From NCBI GenBank assembly GCA_964016885.1, contig OZ024743.1, positions 73,160,001-73,224,000 of the forward strand: a stretch of DNA of 64,000 bases, in the 5' to 3' direction. Below are positions 56,061-64,000 of this stretch, piece after piece (position 1 is the first letter of the stretch; every line of letters starts with the position of its first letter). The stretch is from Eledone cirrhosa (taxonomy: Eukaryota). Both the position numbers and the translations under genes were made by a program. The notes under the pieces were generated by a model, which was not told the DNA's origin, did not search any database, and saw only the letters and a list, made by a program, of their open reading frames with translations.

Positions 56061-56543
56061 TCCTCAGGAAATCATCCGCTAATCCATATGGATATGTTGG
56101 GTCCACTGGTCAGCTCTAGTATTCAAAATGAAATGGATTTTTAAGTCCCGCCCGTTGCTTCACTGCGTGTGATTCGAGCAGATCATATGAAGCCATCACT
56201 CAACTTATTAGGAGCATTTAATTAGAGCGCTTCTTTTTATGTGATTCACAATTAGTGCGCCTCTTTTTATCTGATTCACAATTACTGTGCTGTTTTTTTT
56301 ATCTGCTTCACAATTAGTGCGCTTTTTTTATCTGCTTCACAACCGACAGATCAAAATGTGATCCGCACATCCCTGTTCTGTTAACCCCATACTCTAATTA
56401 AATTTTCCTAATATGTTGAGCGCTTTTCTGAAGCAATAAACAGGCGATGGCTTCATATGAACTTAAAAATCCACTTCATTTTGAGTACCAGAGCTGACCA
56501 GAAGACCCAACTCATTCCTATAGACTAGCGGAACACTCAGGAT
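56061..56543. mobile_element. MITE-like element with long imperfect inverted repeats and internal ~30-bp tandem repeats
   Basis: ctggtcagctctagtattcaaaatgaaatggatttttaagt pairs with acttaaaaatccacttcattttgagtaccagagctgaccag. tcatatgaagccatc pairs with gatggcttcatatga. caattagtgcgc..tttatctgattca occurs about four times. Confidence 0.65.
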
Positions 56544-58762
56544 AACAACTTACCCTGACCTCGGACAACATTTTGCGGAATTTAACCAGCGGCTATCGAG
56601 GGAATACGAACATCTATGAGGAGCGCCTCTCCCCCTCACCTGATGCACACACACACAGACACACACACCCTTTCTCTCTCTCTCTCTCTCGCAGCAAGAA
56701 CAACAAGTTCTTGGTAATCCATGGGAATGGTCAACAATTAGTCTGTGACAAAGTTCACATGAGAATTCAATAAACATAATCACTGCGCCAAGTGAAGAAC
56801 CTAACATTTAAAACTCATGATCTCTGTTTTAGAGAAAAAAACTGTGATGTCGCTTAGGTTATAGAGAAAGAAACACTTCTTTCTCTTTTTCATTGTACGA
56901 CGAAGAGCAACAAATGAGATCGTTAGATTTTTCATTTCTCCTGGCAACTGAACTCATCCAAATATTCTATAAAAGCGCAATAACCAAGTTTATTCATAAA
57001 TAGTTACGGAATAATGGCGACGAATTGGCACAGTTTTTAAACCGTCGGATTCGTTCCGTCTCTCTGCTTTCTGAGTTCACGTCCCGCCAAGGTCAACTTT
57101 ACTTTTCATTCTTTCGAGATCGATAAAAGTGTACCAGTCTAGTACTGGGGTCGATTCTTCCCTCTTTATAACTCTCACACTTCCATTAAAGTTCCAGTCT
57201 AGTACTGGGGTCGATTATTCCTCTATAGTTATTTCTTAATCCATTTTCTCACTCTCACTATCCTTCTCTGGAAGAAATCTGCGGTATTCAGACCTGGAGA
57301 GGATTGAGCTCCGCCAGGTTTTAAAATACCCAAGCGACGGCGTATGTCAATACGGCACCACTACGGCTTCTTCGGGAGTTACAGGACCATGCCATGGCAG
57401 GTACAAAAGACGGGTACAGTTTAATACTTGTCTCAGTTAAGTTCGCTGCTGATTTATCATGTTACAATGCTTTCAATTCAATCTAACCATGATGACTGAA
57501 AAAATTAGGGCAACTCATATATCTGTTAAAGGAAAATTGGATATGTATCAATTGTTTCTTCTCGTGGAACCTTGAATCATTCCCAGATCTTCACTGATAC
57601 GGGTGGCCAGTATACCCACATAGCTGGGCCCTACTAATTTACTATAAACATTTTCAAACGACTCATCTTTCCAAAAATCTATACCAACCAAACCCCTTAT
57701 ATTTGTCACTCGATCTACCTAATAGAAAGATAAACAAAAGAAAAGCAAATAATACAGTGAACGATATACGCTAAACGTGTCTTTAGAGCATTTCATTTCT
57801 CTGCTTAACATCTGTTACAATGAATCACGAACCAGATGTTGTGTCGTTGCTCTTATCAAATACCTCATATCTAGAATTGTCCAATTGGGAGCCCACACTG
57901 AAATTAGATCCGTTGACATTTATTATTGTATTGTGTTTATTTTTTATATTATTTCTTATTGAACCAACAAGCTGCGGCCAGTCCTATTTAGTGTTCGATT
58001 ATCCTGTTACAGTTGCCTACCATTGCACACAATATGTCAATGGGTCCTATAATATTCTCTATTATTACAATGAACCTAGGTGTTATTGAATAAACTTTAT
58101 ATTTCCCGAACACTGATAAATAATACATCGTGTGTGTAATGTACGTGTGTATATGTGTGTGTGTTTGAGTATGTATATGTGTGTATGCGTATGTATATGT
58201 GCTTGTGTGTGTGAATGTGCATGTATATTTGCGTGTGTGTGTGTATGTGTGTGGGGGTTTGTGTGTATATGCGTGTGTATATGTGTGTGTGTTTGTAAGT
58301 GTGTGTATATGTGTGTATGTGTGTATGTAAGTGTGTATGTGAATGTATGTGTGTGTATGTGTATGTATATGTGCTTGTGCGTGTGTATATGTGTGTGTAT
58401 GTGTATGTATATTTGAGTGTGTGTGTTTATGTGCGTATATGTGTGTGTTTGTCTGTGTATGCTTGTGTGTTTGTATGTGTGTGTGTGTGTGTTTATGTGT
58501 GTATGGGTGTATGTGTGGGTGTATATGTGTGTGAGTGTGTATGTATGTGTATGTATGTATGTGTGTATGTGTATGTGTATATGTGTGAGTGTGTATGTGT
58601 GAATGTGTATGTGTGTGTGTGTGTATAAGTATGTGTGTATGAGCGTGTGTGAGATTATATATATATATGTATGTGTGTGAATGAATGAATGTTCCTCCTT
58701 GGTTTCGACTGTACCCGTTTCTCGATCAAAGGAGCACCTTCCTCATAGAATTATTCCACAAA

Positions 58763-59247
58763 CACCTTTCCCCTTAATGTAATTCTCAGGGAGATTCAGC
58801 AAGACGGTGTGTGTAAGAAGGCTGGACCTTTCAATTGCAGGCACATTCCATCCGTTGGGCTGCCAAACAGTTTCATTCACAAGCACCTTTCCCCTTAATG
58901 TAATTCTCAGGGAGATTCAGCAAGACAGTGTGTGTAAGAAGGCTGGACCTTTCAATTGCAGGCACATTCCATCCGTTGGGCTGCCAAACAGTTTCATTCA
59001 CAAGCACCTTTCCCCTTAATGTAATTCTCAGGGAGATTCAGCAAGACAGTGTGTGTAAGAAGGCTGGACCTTTCAATTGCAGGCACATTCCATCCGTTGG
59101 GCTGCCAAACAGTTTCATTCACAAGCACCTTTCCCCTTAATGTAATTCTCAGGGAGATTCAGCAAGACAGTGTGTGTAAGAAGGCTGGACCTTTCAATTG
59201 CAGGCACATTCCATCGGTTGGGCTGCCAAACAATTTCATTCACAAGC
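58763..59247. repeat. Four 121-bp tandem copies derived from a SINE segment
   Basis: Period 121 (cacctttccc at 58763 and 58884). The unit resembles the reverse complement of 51333-51403. Confidence 0.9.
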
Positions 59248-60071
59248 CATGGGCGGTCCTGAAACTCTGATAAATGACATTTGCCTAAGAACCGACGCAG
59301 ATCAATCCTGAGACGTAATATTTTTGTTCGGCCATGTTGTTCGGTAGTTACTTCAAAACAATCATTTTGTTTATTGATACAAAATTTAAATCTTTATATT
59401 CAAAATTTATTCTAACTAAATTTGATTGCCGAAACGGCTTTACTAAGTCTTGTGAAAAATAAATTTTGTTAATAAAGATAAATAAAAATACTTTTACACT
59501 CGATGTAATTCTCTCCCTTGCATCAAACACAGAAAATATCGAGAAACATGCAGCTAATCAGATGCTAACAATGGCACATATATCACCTAAGAGACCAGCT
59601 ATATAGTCCGGTTGACGTTTGTCGCATATTATTCTTATGTAGCAAATGAATTAGAATGGTTGTTGCACATTGAGTGAATGATTGGCTGTCTGGTTGAAAG
59701 AGAGGCTAAATGATGGAGAGAAATGTGTAGGAAGTGAAGGTAATAGATAACAATAAAGGTCAACTGATAGATTACGGAAGGATGAAGTAGAATGAGTTGG
59801 AATATAGGAGGTAGTGAAGAAATGATGAAGTTAGAGAAAATGACCTTTCATCAGCCACCGGGGAATTTTGTAGCGCCAAAGCAATTATTTAGAGTTGCAA
59901 ACTATTAGCATGCATTTCCATATGTCAACCCACATACAAATGCACACACAAACGTGTGTGTGTATCTCTCTACATTGTACATACATGCATACACACATAC
60001 ACTCACACACACATGTATGTATATACATATATATGTATATACGTATATATATATATACATATATATATATG

Positions 60072-60167
<96 letters not shown>

Positions 60168-60274
60168 CATATATATATATATATGGATGTTGACGTAAAT
60201 TAATACATATTTATTGCGTGCTTTATTTATTGCGATTCATTATAAATATGCGTTTATATACATATATACACATA

Positions 60275-60367
<93 letters not shown>

Positions 60368-60396
60368 GTGTATGTATATATGTGTGTGTATTTGTG

Positions 60397-60429
<33 letters not shown>

Positions 60430-60430
60430 T

Positions 60431-60524
<94 letters not shown>

Positions 60525-61699
60525 GATAGAAGAAATGTATCACAACGAAACATTATCTTTATTGATCTAATAATATATTTGTATTGATTTTGTTCCTCCA
60601 GAACCTGAATTTACAGAGGCGGGATTAGATTGAATGGTTGAACTGTTGTTTTTCTTCAATTCATTAGGAGAATATATGAAGAGAATTTGGGACTACACCG
60701 ATGGAAAATAATTCAAGGACACATTTGTGGGAACTCGCCATTATCATTCCATCTATTCATTGCCTAAGGCAATATTTTTTATTGCTTTGGTTCCACATGA
60801 AAGAGCTATCACCATAGCCTCTCACAATCTCTCCAACACTAATTGAGAACTAAAATGTTAATGGTTCTTTTGAACAGGTGCAACTTTCGCAAGAAAATCT
60901 TGTCCAGGGGAAATATAGCTATTGGGCATAGCGTAGAGATGTACGTGAAGCAGCCCCAAATGGGGATGATTCTTCACAAGAAGACAACTTTCAAAACGAT
61001 CAGGGTTGAGAGGTGGAAAATTAGACAAAGATGGTAGATAGTGGAGTTGGTAGTGAATGCGCTTTGTCTAGTGGTTAGAGCGTCGGGCTTATAATCGTGG
61101 GGTGGTGACTTCGATTCTCAGACCGGGCTTTTCGTTGTCTTCTTGAGTAAGACACTTTATTTCACATTTCTCCAGTTCACTCAGTTGTAGAAATGAGTTG
61201 GGACGTCACTAGTGCCAAGTTGTATCGGCCATTTTGCCTTTCTCTTGGACAACATCGGTAGCGTGGAGTGGGAGACTGCTGGTCTTCCACAGACAACCTT
61301 GCCCGGACATATGCCTCGGAGGGGAATTTTCTAAGTGCAATTTCCATCGTCATTCATGATCGAAGGGGGTCTTAGTGATAATAGTGATCTATTTAGGGGA
61401 TTTCTGAACTATGAAGTTTCGTTTTGTGAAGACTGTTGAGTGTCTTGTCTTAGATAACTGTCACCACACGTCTAGATGCCTCTGGATATCGAGCCTGAAT
61501 CAAAGTACTACCAGAGATAATTATACAACTGATGGAGTGCTAACAGTAGACTAGAAGAGACATGGAGAGGTTGGTAGTTGTAGTAAGAAAACAGTGAGAT
61601 AACCAAATAACTCCTGATACCGTGGTAGTATGATAGAGGGTTGTTTAGGTAATGAAAATGAGAGCAATAGTGTTGGGAGTGAGTGTACATCTGGGAGTG

Positions 61700-61959
61700 T
61701 ACATCTGGAGGTATTTGTAGCAACCCTTACTTATGGACATGAATGTTGGAGAAGAAGAAGAAGAAGAAGAAAAAGAAGAAGAAGAAGAAGAAGAAGAAGA
61801 AGAAGAAGAAGAAGAAGAAGAAGAAGAAGAAGAAGAAGAAGAAGAAGAAGAAGAAGAAGAAGAAGAAGAAGAAGAAGAAGAAGAAGAAGAAGAAGAAGAA
61901 GAAGAAGAAGAAGAAGAAGAAGAAGAAGAAGAAGAAGAAGAAGAAGAAGAAGAAGAAGA
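61700..61959 (+). mobile_element. Short RTE fragment joined to (GAA)n
   Basis: VFVATLTYGHECW matches 27240-27280. (GAA)n follows. Confidence 0.6.
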
Positions 61960-62547
61960 TTAGCTATACCGCACATTCTATACTGATACCAATGGCGTCA
62001 GTATAGAATGCGCGGTAGAGCTAAGAAGTGTTCTGTACATTAGAACAACTGAGAATAATAACATTAGAAATGGTTTAAGTGAGATAGATGTCTCCGTTGG
62101 ACGATGAGATATGATTGAAGGGTTCCTGGTAAATGAGGGCTGTTTCTAAATACTATTGTAAACCATAGCAAATGGACTATGTGAAGTTACAGATCCTTTG
62201 GCCGTCTAAAACATCTGACTGATGAATTGACAAGTCAGTCAATCATATTGGTGGCTTTCCCACAGCCTCGATGGACAGGATGGAGAAGGCGTTTCCTCGG
62301 AGGACGGCAAGGGAGACGCGCTGGAAAAGCCATTCCAACTCGAGGGGCTCACATCTATGGCTGGCCAGGTTTTAAAAGAAGCTGAAAAAGTAAATGTTCT
62401 TAGAAGAGTGGTGAAGGATACTTTCATGGTGAATAACTGGGTATGTTTGTAAATTATATCTAGGGAGAGAAGTGAGGGGCTGGGAGATTGTTGAGAGTTT
62501 CAGAGCACCGATGCTTATTTTAACTGATAAAATATCGTTCATTATCT

Positions 62548-62993
62548 AGGGCGGTAGATTGGCAGAATCAGTAGAGCGTCGGACAACAAGTTTAGCGGTA
62601 TAGAGTTGCGGCTCTTTACGTTCTGAGTTCAAATCCGACCGAGGTTAGCTTTGCCTTTTATTCTTACGGGGTCTATAAAATAAATACCAGTAATTCACTA
62701 TGGTCGTTTTAATCGACTTGCTTTTTCCTCCAAATTTTCTGACCTTGTGTCTAAATCAGAAACCATTAGTAATCATTAACAAGGACGGTAAATTAGCATA
62801 ATTGATAGAGCATCGGAGAACATGCTTCGTAGCATCGAGTTACGTCCCTTTACGTTCTGAGTACAAATCCTGTCGAGATCAGCTTTGCCTTTCATCCTTA
62901 CGAGGTCGATAAAATAAAGTAACAGTAATGTACTGGGTTGATTTACTCGACTTTCCCCTTGCTGGCCTTGTGCCTATAGTAGAAACAATTATT
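62548..62993 (+). mobile_element. Two SINE copies (a third at 63318-63528 -)
   Basis: A/B boxes and central domain. Confidence 0.85.
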
Positions 62994-62995
62994 AA

Positions 62996-63216
62996 TCCTT
63001 TAGCATTTAAACCGACCATATCCGGCCAGAATTCTCTCACCTCTTTTTGTTCAAACTGGCCATATCTGGCCACTCATACCAGCATTCAGATATTGTTCTG
63101 AAAATAAATAATATCAAAATCACGTAGATTCGATATTATATGAGATAATTATGTGAGATAAAGCCTTTACTACAAAAATACAATAGTATATATAGAGTAA
63201 TGTAAATGCTAAAGGG
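62996..63216. mobile_element. Small MITE with piggyBac-like ends
   Basis: TTAA-TCCTTTAGCATTTA ... TAAATGCTAAAGGG, a 13/14 TIR. The right TTAA is degenerate. Confidence 0.55.
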
Positions 63217-64000
63217 TTCTCGAAAACGAGACCCAATCTTAATGAAGCATGTATATGATTCAACACGAGCTAAGGATAAAATATCATCGTATGGATGTAC
63301 TAGTTAATCGATAATATAATGGTTTCTGATTTAGGCACAAGGTCAAATATTTGGGGCGCGGGGGTCGATTAAAACGACCCCAGTGCTGGTACTTTATTTT
63401 ATCGACCTTGTAAGGATAAAAGTCAAATCTAACCTCGGCGAGATTTGAATTCAGAGCGTAAAAGACCGTAACTCTATGCCGCTTAGCATATTGTCCGACG
63501 CTCTACTGATCCTGCCAATCCACCGCCATAATCGATTATATAATAGATGTGACTTAGTACTAGGATCTTCTTGCCAATTTCTAATTGAAATAATCTATTA
63601 ATCAAATGCTATTGAGGAAAGCATGAACCTCATTCAATCCCATTCTATTTCCTTACATTGATTATCTGATGAATAAATTATGATAACATATTGGAACATA
63701 TCCATGTTATATGACACTTAACCAAGATAAACTCTTATCTTTTAATTCTAATTAACATTTATGTTAGATTAGCTTCTGTACCAAATGAATATTTAATTAC
63801 GAGATTGCCTAATGATATATGTTTATAATTGTTTGCCATCTAATCAGTAAACAATATGAACGGAACATTGAAAAAAGGATGACTGCGTTGCTACTATAAC
63901 CTATATCAAACATACTATACTCTGGTCTGTATCTCATCACTTAGCAATAAACAGTTCAATCCTCACAAGTAAGTAGTACAGCCTGTAATTGTTGACATTG

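Noticed and set aside
61630-62006. Poly-R/E/K/L ORFs
   Set aside because: Translations of (GAA)n.
62219-62250. CTGATGA-ATTGAC-loop-GTCAAT hairpin
   Set aside because: Followed by CATA instead of GAAA, with no stem III or stem I.

Overview
AT-rich, microsatellite-dense eukaryotic DNA. An octopod/cephalopod origin is inferred from the SINE and microsatellite landscape but not proven. No intact protein-coding gene is supported. Most ORF-track entries are simple-repeat artefacts, and the rest are decayed transposons: Penelope-like RT/GIY-YIG, RTE, Tx1/L1, R4/Dong-like LINE, Tc1/mariner and a Chapaev-like transposase. The main feature is a 311-bp tandem array at 1095-4590 (about 9.3 plus-strand copies preceded by about 1.9 inverted copies). 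Each unit carries a complete minimal type I hammerhead ribozyme (HHR) inside a perfect 16-bp stem, which is the architecture of a non-LTR retrozyme (self-cleaving, putatively circular RNA). About ten further HHR or HHR-like motifs from unrelated families occur in the window, mostly in inserts flanked by (TA)n. Several have enlarged, branched stem II domains, and several inserts show inversions at their 5' ends. A decayed Penelope-like element is a candidate mobiliser family. All structures were read by eye, and ribozyme activity is inferred.
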